From positions 15,068,001 through 15,132,000 of the forward strand of contig CM119372.1 in assembly GCA_051294905.1 (NCBI GenBank): a stretch of DNA of 64,000 bases, in the 5' to 3' direction. The notes beneath the pieces are model-generated. The model ran no database searches, was not told where the DNA came from, and saw nothing but the letters and a program-made list of their open reading frames with translations. This document shows positions 40,002-53,686 of the stretch, in pieces. The DNA comes from Botryllus schlosseri. Its lineage: Eukaryota. The position numbers were made by a program, and so were the translations under genes. Within the stretch, counting starts at the first letter, position 1. Each line of letters starts with the position of its first letter.

Positions 40002-41651
40002 TAAACTGTTATTTAGTGATTTTGAGCATATACTGTGACATCACAGGAAAGCAATTCTAATCCGTCGATATTCCAGATCAGTGGTTTTTGACCGTTACTC
40101 CATGGAACATTATAGGGCAGGGGGCCAACTTTTTTGCCATTCACGGCCGCATTCCAGGGCATAGTCGTAATGAACTACCTGGACGCCCAATGCCCACGTT
40201 AGAGTGTCTATATGTCCATATCTAGTGAACTCTGGACTGATCTATTTAATCATACAGGCTTACAGCTGTATACGCACCGAAATCGCGAGTGGTCACTGGT
40301 CATGTTATGGAATGCACTTTGTCGCGCAAATCGCGAAATGTTTTTTTTTTCAGGTACTAGTAATGAATTTCGTGATTAATGTTGGTAGTTTTACATGTTA
40401 CTAGCAAACATTTGTCCTTTCTCAACTCATGGATGTGATTAGATTCACCGGTAGAGTTGATGGAGGGGGTGTTTTCAAAAATTTAGGGCAAGTTATAAAT
40501 AGTGATGCATCTTCGGGTGGGACAATTGTTATTAGCCACTTTGTTGCATGCTGTTATTTCTTGACCTCCCATCAGGATTGTGCTGGGTATAGTGAGGAGT
40601 ACGCAATTCCTAGTTGGTATTTCAATATGGGGCGTATCATTTTCCTCTGCTGTTCTAATCTGTAATGTGGGGCTCTAATTGCAAAGGGCCCTACTCTATT
40701 AAAATCGAAAAATGAAGTCACATTGAATCGCGTGTTGCGGGAAGAAAATTTCAAGAATAATTAAAATCTATCAAGAAATCGGGAGTAAATTCATAAATTC
40801 AAATTGCAGTCGACGGCCGCCAACATTGAACTACGTGTTCACGGCCGCACAAATGAGGCATGCCTCAGGGGTTCCGGTGAAGGTCAATGACACACACTCC
40901 ACTCATATGATATGCGATGAAACGCCATTCATGGCTATCATAGGCCCGACCATCTAGTAGTCGCATTGTGTTTGTTGACGGGGTAAGTCGTACGCAGAGG
41001 AGGTTGCATGGGGTTCAAAATTGACACTCCGTCCTTCTGAAATGCCAATTCGATCTCCAATAGCCTACTTATAAACTCACTTAAGTTAAGTTAAGCAATT
41101 CGTATCTCTCTGTTGCGTTTCGACCGAACAATACTGATGTTTTCAAGGTGAGGCCTCGCATTTCTGAACTAGCATCTGTAAGGGAACAGCAGAAGTAGAT
41201 AGAAGCAATAAATATTCATTTTGAAGTTTTTCTTTTGTGTGAAAGTATATTTTAATGGTAATGCTATTTTAACACTCCGTTGATGCAGACTCAACTCGTC
41301 TGATCATGAATGATTGGCATCTTACGGACGTACTGTAGTTCCGTTTCATTCAGATTTTCATACCGCGAATTATTTGACGCAGTTAATTTTTCTCACATGA
41401 TTGAGTTAATCTACATTTGCGCCAGTTCTAGTATGGCGAAAAATGCACCGGTATACAAAACATGATGGCAAATTTATTAACGGTGAGTGCTGGTCTGCAG
41501 CAAGCGAGATCACAGTAAACTTCCTGCCACCAAACTACACAGTCGTCCCGGGGCCTCTATCCAATGTGGTGGTCACAGCATATCCTACATGTTGTGCGTC
41601 CAATCTGTAGGCGGAAAGGGCAAAGCAGGTTAAATACCGCCATGGTTGTGC

Positions 41652-44600
41652 CTATTCCTCTCCGTCGGTAGTTTGTCGAAGGTAACCAGCTATGGAAGCA
41701 TGGCCGAACTTTTGTAGAACATTGTCTAGTTGCGTGATCTCATTATTTACGACTAATTTAGCTTTTCGTGAATATGGATCGAAACTGCGTGTCCTTTTCT
41801 TTCTTTTAAACTCTCCCGTACAAGAGAGACGCATACACAAGAGTCTCGATCGTAGCTCAGCGTCGCTGATTGCGTCTCCCATAACGAAACGCGCCATTTG
41901 TCCCGATATTGACAGGGTGTTTGCGACCAAATCTTCGTATGAAAAAACGTAGTTGGGAAGTTTATTCTCGAGTACGATTTTCGTCGTCACGCGCCACTTC
42001 GCCGAAAAAGATCCGGAAGATATCCCCTTGAAGTCTGCCGAAAAAGCATTTGGCATGTTATAGACTTGATCATTGCTCTATAGTCAGTACTGAGTTACGT
42101 CGAAACAACCTTTGTTACAGTTGTTTTAATTTCATACTTTTCGAAATCTATGGTAATGTGGCTCACACGTTTGCTGCTGAGTGCGTTTTCTAGAAATTTA
42201 TCACATGGCCCAATTTTGCTCTAGGTTTTAGTGAACCATTGCCAACACAAAATGTGTGGCGATGAGGAGGATAGCCTACATAAATATTCAACGCCTATGA
42301 GCATAAAATACAAGCTCTGTAATGGCGCGACATCAATCCCGGCCACTGTTACATGTAAATAATTAACATTTATTATATGTGATATGCACGCCAGAGACCA
42401 CACGCACTGTTCTCTAATGGACTGAGAAGCAAAACTACAGAGTAGAGTAGAAGGCCTATACTCAGGTAAATTCAATTCAATTCAATTCAAGAAACCACAA
42501 TACTGCGATACAATGAAAAATCGGAAGGTGTCGAAACGACTTGAAGTAGTCTTCGAAATCAGACACCCACCTGGCCTGTGCACAGTGCACACAACGCACA
42601 TTGAATGAAAAGAATAAGAAGGTATTATAAAAAGACAGGTGACAAAAAAGGTTGCATGTGTTGGAAGGCGAGATCGATATGTCCAGTCGTGGTCCGGTAA
42701 ACTGGAGGGCTGAATAGTATAAAAAAAACTATATAGCTGTATAATGTATATGTATAGTTTTGGACTGTGTGTCCAAATGCCCTACTACTTCACGATAGCT
42801 TAAAATACTTATATCTGGGGCTAACCAGGCGTATACTCAGTACTCACTATTTAACGAGGTGTGATCTACATTTCGGATGTGAATAATTACCTTCCAGGTC
42901 GAAACTTTGGTCATCTATGGCTCCGGTGTGGCCTTGTTTTCGTCGGTTATATTCCGATAATATAGCGTCATAAGGATTCCTATATACGTTCATGAGGGCG
43001 GTGAGATATTCCATTCTACGTATCTTATGTTGATGGTGACTCTTAACCACCGCTACTCTGTAATCTTCTGGTGGAAGCAACTCTCCCATGAAGCCTGTAA
43101 ATAAAAAAGAATAGGGATGGTGCGATTCCCAAGGTATTCTGGAAATATATGAAAAGCCTACAGAAATAATGCCACTGATTCGTTTCGTTTTAGCTTTGTT
43201 CGAGCATGAAAATAATTATATTCAACATAAGAGCAAAAAAGCCCGAACTGCCAAATTGCAATTGGATATATATTGCGTTCTGCATCTCATCAACGCTTTA
43301 ATAGCAGGTCTGGCACTTGAAGAACACAACACTCAAGGCGGAGATCATAAAGTTAGCTGATCCGGGTGAATGCTAATCTTGTGATTGAAAACTGTTAATC
43401 GGGACGCACGTCGGATAAGGTTACGGGCGATGATTACCGGAGGTGTCCCGAATTTGTCAATCAAGTAAGTGGTGCGTGCAATGTTGTCTGTTGCCTCCAA
43501 TGATAGCCTATATATCCGATATATATCCAATATCCGATAAATATATATCATTGGTTGCATCATAGTGCGAAAATGGCTGTCAGTGGTCAGGTTGTTGAAT
43601 GGAATGGCAGGCTGCTGGTAATATATGCTGCGATTGTAACAGGTAGACCTATCGTCATCGCGAGATGAAAGTCGTGCCCAATCAGTAATACGACACAGCG
43701 CCGCAACGGTTTCGATATAGATAAGATGTCTGCTCTGCAATCGTGCGTGCATAATTCGTTGATTGTTCGATTGTTGAGTGAAGCCATTACCCATGAGACA
43801 ATCGTTACGGTCACTATCGGATATATTTCTGCGTATGAATTTTACGCAGTGTTCTGTACAGTTTGTCCAGGTCTGATAAATCATGAGGTTAAAATGTAAC
43901 TCGAACTTTCTGCACAGCTTAATCCTAGGTTCTTAAATCCTGATGAACGCGATCATCGACTCTTTAATCAATCCAACTTCCGCCCGCAGAGCTACATGAA
44001 AGTTTACATCACAATATAGCCTACGCCCACTTTGCACAGCCAATAAGGTGGAACAGCGGTGTTCAAAGCTCATATCCAGAGGTGGTCAAAGTAGTCAAGA
44101 AAGCTACTCAAGTAGAAGTAGAAATAGCGACGAAAAAATCTACTCAAGTACGATTAGAAGTACTTCTTCCATAAGCAACCTAAAACTACTTGAAGTAGAA
44201 GTAGAATTGACTGACTTTAAAAGTACTCAAGTAAGTAAGTAGTTGTGAAAACGATCCTAGTTCGTTGACATGGATAGTAAAAAGGTGCAAATTGAGCTAT
44301 GCGAAAGGTGACGAGCTTGATTCATATTGATGCATACCAACAGGTATCCAATTTTCGATAGCATAAGCATTTATCCACATCATGATAGTATTGCTATGGA
44401 AATGCGATAATAATCCTCTGTTTTCTCGAACAGCACGTTTTGGAAAATAGCATGATACGGCACCATCCCCCATATTATAAGGCCCGTGGTTTAGTCGAAG
44501 AGCAATACGGAGAAGTTGCATAGGATACGGTGTCAACACTTTGCGCGATTAGTAAACGTTAATAAAAAATATGGTGGACCGTAAAAATGCCGTATTGTGT

Positions 44601-47600
44601 AGCTTTATTTCCGGAAATTGAAGGCATTACTACACTTGCTTTTATACTTCAACATGTATGTTATCCAGACAAAAGAACTGATATTAACTATAACTCAAAG
44701 TATGTGATACTGGGAATTAAAAGTGAAATATAAATACTACCTCTAAAAGTGGAACATGTATTTCATGCTTTTAGTTCAGAAAGTTTCAAAGGTGGTATGC
44801 TGGAACAGCTCTAAAACTAAAAATAAGTCAGACTCCACTTTTCCAGATTAGGACACGCCATGGACAATGGACATGCTAGATTACGATATGACAAGTAAAT
44901 GCTAGATTGCGAAGCATCAGTTTCAAACGTTATGATGAGCCATATATAATGTGGTCAATTATTTCATATAGGCGAAGGGCCACAATGTGATGTAAACGGA
45001 ACCACGCCAACCCGCGACCTAAATTATATTCACCGATACTTTTGTGAAATCATAGTGGTCACTCCGTATCCACTGCGCGCGAAGCGGGACGAAAATTTTT
45101 GGCTTTACTCAACTTTTATGAAAATTAAATGTTGATACTCCGTGAAAACAGCCCCGAAATTTCACAGGCTATCTTCCTGATTGGAAGATTGAACTACTTC
45201 TACTTGACTAACTGAAAATAGCGAAAAGTAAGTAAGTAGATCACAAAATATTACGGAGTAGAAGCAGAAGTAGCGAAAATCAGATCTACTTGAGTAAGTA
45301 CCAGAAGTAGAGGAAAACTACTTGAGTACTTCGAACACCTCTGCTCATATCACACTCAAATTTGAATTTCACCATGGTGAAGTCACAATTGATGAAAGTA
45401 CGGTAACAGAGAAAGCAAATGCTTCATTTTGTTTATCTTTCCTCACATGTGCAACCACACGTTCGAAAAATGGTATTTGGAATCAACAATTTGACGACAT
45501 AAGTTTTCCCTATGTTCGCAACGAGCTTCATCCAAGAAGTGAACATGAGTTGTGTTGCAAAAAATTCGGCCCAAACCGCTGATACCTACTCACCCCCGTT
45601 GACAAGAAAGGGATCGCCGAATACGCTTCCCGTGTAAATCCCAGTTGCGGATTCTAGTAGGTGCCGGATCCAGGTATTACCCGACCCGGGAAAACTGATC
45701 AGGCCGACTTTCCGATCCAATTCCCCTACTTTCAAAAATCGTTTATGCTCACACCGCTTGTCTTCACTATTCGTGCGATATACAATAACGTAATTCCGAT
45801 CGCTCCCTGAACATCGAGTCATATTCACAGGTCGAGACAAGTCGAACCTGCAACGCAAATGTTGATAACAGATAAAGATTAACTTAGGTTGCAGATCAGA
45901 CTGTGCTTACTTTGCGGTAGTCAAGCCGCAGTAACAAACATTCGTGTTTGTCGGAATAGCCAATACCAGGCCAACATACTCGCATTGAAGCAGGCATCGC
46001 GCTACGACCATGTCCCCAATGACGGAGTACTCGTCCATGAATGCGCGGAGATTATTAGGCTTGCGATAGCATCCAATCACCGACTTTTCGTTCACAATAT
46101 TGGCAAGCGGACCAGCTGGAACGATTCGAGTAAGCAGCGATTCATCAGAAGTGTAGCCAGGGTGAAAATGTTAGAGGGCCAGTTGAAAATTTAGGCGAAA
46201 TTTATCGAACAAAAACATTGTGGCATTTAGTTATTCAAACGTGACGTTAATATGTCAAAGTGTTTGGGCACACAGGACCCCGCTCCTTCTTTCTGTAAAT
46301 GCCAGTGGTGATGGTGCTATGTGGGATAACAATAACTATACCAACTATATGATTATAGCGTCACCATAGTAGCACAACACGTACATATATTAAATTACGT
46401 CTATCAACATAATGCTCGAAAAACAATGAATTCTTCTCATAATCGTATCTGCTAAAGTTGATTCTTGATGCTAATAAATTCAGTTTAATCGGTAATAATG
46501 GTATGCTTGTTCAATATTGAGTACCAAATTTAATGAGTTTTTTTAAATAAAGTAACAATTTTATAACTACCTTTTTCAAATACTTCGTTAAAAGACTCAT
46601 TCATGCCAAGGCCTTATTGAACAGACAAAGAATACATATTGGGTTACCTGGTTTACACTGTGATTTCACTAGGTATACCATCGTTAGGTCTCTGTAGCCA
46701 CCACACATTCTTGATTCATCACCAACGCAAGGTAATTTGCATTTATTTCCACCTTCTTCTATGGCGATGAATGCACGGGGATAGTAGCTACAAATACATT
46801 CATTTCCGTTTCTTATTCCAGCAAAGACAAATTTCTTCTGCTTCACCCTGGACAAGACATATATAAGTTTAACAGGGCTGAAGTAACCAATGGAAAGGAT
46901 CGCTATCACATCTAATTCGAGCATCTCTTATATCAGTGTTTCTCAAATTCTTTCCCAACGTGTACCAGCGGTGCCAGCACTAATTCGATTTTTAACACAT
47001 GGCGTACCTCCAAGTTGTTTTTCACTACACGGCTACCACCTAAATCAGTGGTTCTCAACCGCCGGTCCGCGACGACATTCCTGCCGGTCCGCCAAGCATA
47101 TTAGAATTTTATACTTTAATTTCAAGATGCAATGTTGAAGGCTTGTTCATTGATAAAATAAATAAAACATCAAATTTTAAACTGATTGATAACTTCCTGA
47201 GGTAGCATTAGGGCTGGAAACATGTTCGATTTGACTTGAAGTTCAAGACGTGTCATTTGACGATATGCGAGCGGCAAGTACACAGAACAGATACGAGCCG
47301 ACTCCTCGCTAAACAGCGCAGTTTGATCATTGGTTTTCGATTCATTCATTTTGTGCAGGACCGTAACTGGGGCACCACAAACCGCCCAATTGGAGAGGGG
47401 CCGAGCTTGAATAGGGCTCAAAATTATTTCGCAAATGAACATAAATCATAGCGTATTTATTTGAAACTTTTTCTAACATTTTTCAATTTCTTTTCGCGCT
47501 TTTCACGATTTAGTATCCCTAAATGTCTTGCTTATTAGGTGCCCTTTTCTGAGAAATACGTAATGATTTATTGGTATTTTGGCATCAGCCATTACCACGC

Positions 47601-50600
47601 CACGACGCACCAACACATAATCAAGCTTGGGCCAAAAATTTGGCCGCGAGAAAACTGCTTCACTCGTGAATGATCGAAAATTTTCTTTATATAATGTGTA
47701 TACTCCTTCAGGTGGCGACTGTGTACTAAGGCCTTGCGGCCCCTCGTCGTCATCCTGGTCCGTACCGGATTTTCACTGGTGTGACAAATAAATGATTGAT
47801 TGATTGATTGATTGATTCTATTGGCGCGATTAAGCTACGTAAACTCTCTGCTTACGCTGAGTAGAATGGATGTGCTCACAAGTACAGGTGAAAACATCCA
47901 CCCAATGGTAGGGTCTGGGGGTGAAGCACCCGGAAGTTTGACTTATCGCCCTGTGGGGATCCCAAGACCAGCGTCTTTGGGGATGGGCTGACGAAGTGCT
48001 TTTTCGGCTCGGATTTGCGGATGGGCGGTATAGCTGCTGTAATGTGTTTTCTTGCAGCACGCATTGTATTCGTATAGGTAGTTGCCAGAGTAGCCTGCGT
48101 CTGGTGGCAGTGGGCAATGAGCAATGTAGCACGACAAAGTGCTTGGTTCGACTCCGATACCCTTCATCGCTCGATATTGTCAAAGAGAAGACTATTATTA
48201 GAGTTGGCGTGGTCGGTTAAACCGACGGCCTTCGGCGCGAAAGACTGTAAAGGACTCTCGGCGGTAGCACGTTTATCTGGACAAGGCAATTTTACCTCGA
48301 CTCGGCAGACTCACTACCATAAAATCACGTGGATGCCATCATGAATATAATTAAATACGATCAAAACCCTCTAAATATCGCTCTCTAGCACCATATAATT
48401 GCAAAAAACGGTTGCATACTTTACATTTTGGCTTCATTTCAATTTTGAAAGTTCACCGGTCCGCCAGACATTTTTTGAATTTTTACCGGTCCGCGAGGTG
48501 AAAAAGGTTGAGAACCACTGACCTAAATTACTTATGTTACTTGAATGTACCTGTGTTTATTGGTTATTCCTGTTAGTGCTATACCGCAACGCCACTAAAT
48601 ACTATCGGAGTTGATGAGACATTTGACTTTGTGCACTAACTCGGCTCATTAGTGCTCAAACTCACATATGAGAATTGAACAATTGGCAGCTTTGCGTGCT
48701 AATAGCGAGCTCCTGGAGAATCAGCAGTGTGTTATCCTCTACAAATGTACTTCAAAGTTTGTTAAAAAACGAAATCAGTCAGATATTAAACAACCGCTCG
48801 AGTTTAAACCTGTTAATGCATTGCAGTTGCACCAATGACGTAAAAAAGATTTATATTAGACAAACTTACATTGATTCACACTGCACCTATAATTTTTGCT
48901 ATTCATACCTTCCGAGAACTCCGTATCTACTTTTCACACTACATGAGCATTGTCCAAGCCTACTCTTTTCTATTTCTACTTGAAGTAGTTTGGACAAGTT
49001 TTGGGGATTGCTGTTCATACTTTAACTTGATTTAGTCACAATAACTACAGGTTCAATACTTGTGGTAATATTGACATGATCTAAAATTTAATTCTGTCGA
49101 TCATGAATGATGACACTCGTCACGTATGGCTGTCGACCCGGCATGAGCAATTGAACATGAAGTGTCAAATATGTTCCAGCGCAGTGGTCCCCAAAGTGGT
49201 TGCCAACGCCCCTGTATGTGTTAGCGACCTGGAATATGGCGCTCGCTACAAACAGAGCGATGAAGGATGGCGTTCTGCGCTATAGAAATATGTTTGGGAA
49301 ATCCGTCAATCAATAGTTCCGTTTGTGCGCTGTGAACATGTATATGTATTGTATATGTATATATATGAATATGATTTTGGTCACGTCTTTCGCGACGTAC
49401 AAAGCGTATCCAATCGGACATGGTCATTAGTCAGCATCGTACTGCACGGATGTTAATTGTTATGCAACAATCAGTTTTCTAACCAATAAATTAATAAATA
49501 AATAAATCAAATACCGAACAGAATTATATTAGCCAGCGAGGTCTTTCGAGCGGCTAGAGCAGTGGTTCTCAACCTTTTTTAAGACACGCCCCCCTTTATG
49601 ATAGTGAACAATTTCGCGCCCCCCCCCCCCCCTTATCGTCATCTCACAAAATCCAACCGGGATGCTAGCAACCCCAACAGATTGTTTGATGGCATGGAAG
49701 GTTATGACTGTTGATAAGATAATTTTAAAAAAATATGAAATTCGGTCTAATTATAGAGAAACACGCGTGAATTGGAGGTAAATCGCGCAGAGAGCAAAAT
49801 ATTTTTCTAGTTGACCGCTTCTTCGCGCCCCCCCCCTTCAGATGCTTTTACGCGCCCTCCTGGTTGAGAACCACTGGGCTAGAGCGTAGATCCTGAACAC
49901 CCAGCGGTCTACTTTTTAACATCGAGGATGGAGTTTTTAATGCTTACGTGCCACAACGAGACACGATGTGGTGTTAGTAGGGAAGTTGCCTTTTATTTAA
50001 TTCCGACCTCCCTGTCCTTACTAAAGAGTTGTGACGGACAAAATGCATACCTTGATGACTATGAATTAGATCAACCTACAATGGTCATAATAAGCGTCAA
50101 CGTAGTTTGTATATGCAATAAGCATAACATGTTTTTGAGGGATCAGGAGAGTATGGTACCTGAAATGTTGTCCAAAGTGAAATGTTATGTAAAAAGATTT
50201 GGTGAATACTGTTCTGGCGTATCTAATAATTCTCGCTTGTTAAAATATGATACTGTCTTTGTTATGTCAGAATATACAAGAGACCAAAAATAAATTACAG
50301 TTTGGGTCGACAGTTGCAGTGAAGAACACAATTTTTCTACGAATATTACGGGAACATGGGCTATATGGCAGGAGCGCCTTGACCATGGGTGTTAAACACA
50401 ACTTGATTTATGTTTGGTGTACTGTATGATATCCGGAGCTACTGAGCACATCTAAACATAGATGTGTGCCATGGGTAATTCCAGGTGTATTATTACGTGT
50501 CTGGTTATAATGTGGGTTTCACCATATTGTCACGGAAACAAGACACGAATCATATTCTCACCGTGTTCTGGGACTAGGCGTTCCATGCATTAAATAATCC

Positions 50601-53600
50601 CAACGTGAGCTGGAATCCCTGAGTGCTTAGTGGATCTGTCACAGAACCAGATTTCTATACATACCTTTTTGAGCATTGTAATATGCAATTTGAATCCGTC
50701 ATTTGCGGAGATTGGTACCGCTTCAAAATTGAAGAAGATGTGCGGTTTTTTAGAGCAGGATAAAAACATCCGATTGTTTGCACTGCAAAGATAATTTCTC
50801 AATTTAGTACAAAAAATAGGCTTATAGATGCTGCATTCCGGACACGATTCTAAAATTCTCGACTTCGATTGGGCTTCATAGGATTGGAGGAGGGGTATTC
50901 GGCTAATTTTGCCTGACACGATACCCGTGGTAGCAAAGAAAAGCCAAGAACATTTTGAGTACTAGGCCTACCTGGTTATGGGCAATCGTGCTAGGCATGT
51001 TGGAATCAGTGCCAACTTACGATTGTCATGAAACCTTTCAGAGTATTGGTAGGGAGCGAATGACGAAACGCAGTTTATTGTCATATCACCAGTATCAGCA
51101 TCGTTACCACCGATGTGCCTATGGAGATGATGTGGCGTCATCTGCACGTGGAACAACATTTGAATGATTACGTTATTGCCAGATTCAGACGTGATGATGC
51201 GGAATGAATTTCAGTGTTGGATTATGACTTGGCTTCGAAACCTAAACCCAGAAAAGGAATTGACATTTCCAAGATAAATCGGCACCCTGTGCACAACAGC
51301 CATGAATCGTGCTTCGTTTATATATTGGTCTATGGCAGGGGCGGGCAACATACGTCCCGCGGGCCTGATCCGGCCCGTGAAGGGATTTTGTCTGGCCCGC
51401 GGACAGTTTTCCGTCTTACAAGATAAAGGGGCCCGCGGCCCCAGTCTTCCGAGATTCCCCACTACTTGCTTACATACGTCAAATTTTAGTGCCTGTATGT
51501 CATTACTCATTATACACATGTATGCGCAGCGAGCGAGGGTGGAGCTTATACGCGTAAGTTCGTCGAATCGAGAAGACTTATCGCCTTATCGGCATTTACG
51601 ATGTACTCAACCCAAATGGCATTTGTGGTAATCATGGTTTTTGTCGACTAATGGTCATTTACACCAGGCCGATATTTCTTATTTTTGATTCCGCAACCGT
51701 CGACTTGTAGCACGGCACACTTCTATAGGCTTCTGTAAGACATCGCTTATGCCAGGGGTCGCCAACTCAACACGGGTCTGGGCCACTTTCAAATTTCGTA
51801 GAGGCCGCGACCGCATGAATTCAATATCGAGATAAAAATAGGCCTCACAGTTGAACAACCTCGCTATCTCGTCACCTACTAAACCCTAATGAATTGATAT
51901 CTTGGTAAATTTGGGGTACCGGGCTTATCGAATGCCTTGAAATCTTAATTAAGGATTTCACCGTGTGTTGATTGATCAGAGAGAAGCAGACATGGTGGTG
52001 CCTGTATGACAATGCTGTTCTCAAATCCACATTGTCTTCGTCATTATTGGCGAGAAATGGCTTTGAAGTTACATTGCTGTCGTTGAAATTCAGTCATTAA
52101 ATACGATTTATTCCTTGTATATATGGATAAATGGGCGAATAATGTTCAGCAATCCGACCCGCCAAGTTCCTAATTTTCCTATGTCCGGCCCGCCGACTGG
52201 AGAAGTTGCCCGCCCCTGGTCTATGGTCTATGGTCTATGGTCAATTTGCCACTATGGGAAGCTTCCACTCGGAACGTTGGCGCAACGATAATTGAATCGA
52301 TGGTGGTATTTTTATCTCCTTAACACCCGAATATTGAGTATGTACAAAAAGTCCGAATTGTCCTCGCCTGCCGCAGAACTAGGGTTGCATTTAAAACAAA
52401 AATCAATTTTAAAAAGACATGTTTAAAACAAGGCCCTAATTTAAAACATGTTTTTATTGTTTTTCATGGTTTTTTTAAAGAAATACGTCACAAATATTCA
52501 ATTGTGACGTCATAGTTGATTGGCATTGACAATTGAAAATAAAGGGTAAAAATAGCTCCTTTGACGAAATATATGTACTATTGCTGTTGAACCGACTATT
52601 TTGAGGGCTCCAATCATCCTATATCGATATACGTCGGCTACATCGGGTGGTAATTGTCCGTAGGCTCATACAACATGCATTTTTAAAGTATTGACATAAT
52701 TATGGCATAATTTTACAGCTTGAAAAATACGTCTTTTTTTAAAACACTGTTTAAAACGCCTTAAAGAAAGTGTTTTAAAACACCGTTTGTTTTAAATGCA
52801 ACCCTACACAGAACAGTCGCTCGTGGGACACATTTTGCTCGTTTGTTTGTTTTTGGTATTCATGGTGTTTGTCGAATACAATGGTCATTTACACCGAGGC
52901 CGATATTTGTTATTTTTTGATTCCGTTGCTGCTGGCTTGTAGCACGGCCCACTTTTAGGCTTTTTAAAGACACCGATTTAACGGATGAGATGGCGAGGAG
53001 GAGCGTGTAGATAAACCTCTACAGTTTGCCCACCTCTGACAAAACGTGTAATCCATACATAATAACCCTTCGTGCACGCGCCCGTTGCCATAATTTTATT
53101 TTTGAATTGTGCCGGAAGGTAAATTCAGTGATGATTATTTTTATTCCGATTTTCGAAGTCTCTGGAATGACCCGTGGTCAACTGTTCATAAACGGTAGCG
53201 TACCTCTGCATCGATATTGACCGTCCCCTTTGTAACTCCAACCTCTTTTATCGGCGCTAAACTTTTTCTGCCTACTTGAAGATTTGGAAAACGGTGGACT
53301 TCGCTGAAGATTTCCGCTGTTCCGAGGATATTCCACAGTGGTTGTTTTCTTTTTATCGTAGCAACATGACTGCTGAAGTACGAATGGTAAATGTTCCTTA
53401 TTGTCTTGAACTAATTCGCTCCGTCGAATCGTCCTAAATGCGTATATTTTTGTTACATTCATAGATATTGACTCTTAATATAGGCTAATTACACAGTACC
53501 CTTTCAACTTATTTTACATCCATCGTAAAAAGGATATCCATTATCCAGGAGTTATCATAAATATATTTAATGAGCGCAATAACTTCAATGATCTCACCTT

Positions 53601-53686
53601 CTGGAAGAATGATTGTATATCAACGCTGTACACACTGCTACGCCCAGTATTCCCACAGCAAGAGATTTTCGATTTCTTGTGATCAT
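41652..53686 (-). CDS. WSCD1/WSCD2-like WSC-domain sulfotransferase (sialate:O-sulfotransferase family), type II membrane protein
   Basis: Well-supported exons: 46847-46648 ([32 protein letters not shown]), 46115-45911 (second WSC-like), 45847-45594 (PAPS motif [24 protein letters not shown]), 43094-42891 ([22 protein letters not shown]) and 42034-41652 (YEDL, RLLC, GEFKR, DPY, stop), all phase-compatible. Likely N-terminal exons are 53686-53598 ([24 protein letters not shown], signal anchor) and 53433-53204. Linking exon(s) between 53204 and 46847 are unresolved. Confidence 0.85.
42470..42712 (-). mobile_element. 3' fragment of a LINE/SINE with (AATTG)n tail
   Basis: Homologous to ~56970-57246 (+). 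Both end in AATTG repeats. Confidence 0.65.
44077..45343. mobile_element. hAT MITE, CAGAGGTGG family, in a WSCD-like intron
   Basis: TIRs CAGAGGTGG / CACCTCTG, perfect TSD CTCATATC, AGTA/TACT-rich subterminal regions. Related ends at ~27590, 30750 and 59844. Confidence 0.92.
47046..48520. mobile_element. Charlie-type MITE carrying nested fragments
   Basis: Perfect TIRs CAGTGGTTCTCAACC and TSD ACCTAAAT. Contains a CAGGACCGTAAC element end (~47356) and a retro-like 3' end with AATAAA plus (GATT)n (~47705-47817). Confidence 0.9.
49560..49876. mobile_element. Charlie-type MITE (317 bp)
   Basis: Perfect TIRs CAGTGGTTCTCAACC and perfect TSD GGCTAGAG. Confidence 0.93.
51336..52218. mobile_element. 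Charlie-type MITE, CAGGGGCGGGCAAC family
   Basis: TIRs CAGGGGCGGGCAAC / GTTGCCCGCCCCTG, TSD GTCTATGG, GGCCCG subterminal motifs. Confidence 0.9.
52380..52806. mobile_element. hAT MITE, TAGGGTTGCATTTAAAAC family
   Basis: Long TIR TAGGGTTGCATTTAAAACAAA; TSD CGCAGAAC/CACAGAAC. Confidence 0.9.

Noticed and set aside
43345..43884. 179-aa minus-strand ORF inside a WSCD-like intron
   Set aside because: No recognisable motif, and the flanking exons (45594 to 43094) join in phase without it. A database search would be needed to exclude it fully.
47830..48344. Cluster of overlapping ORFs, possibly a LINE reverse-transcriptase piece
   Set aside because: No RT or endonuclease motif is identifiable; it is GC-richer cargo within a MITE.
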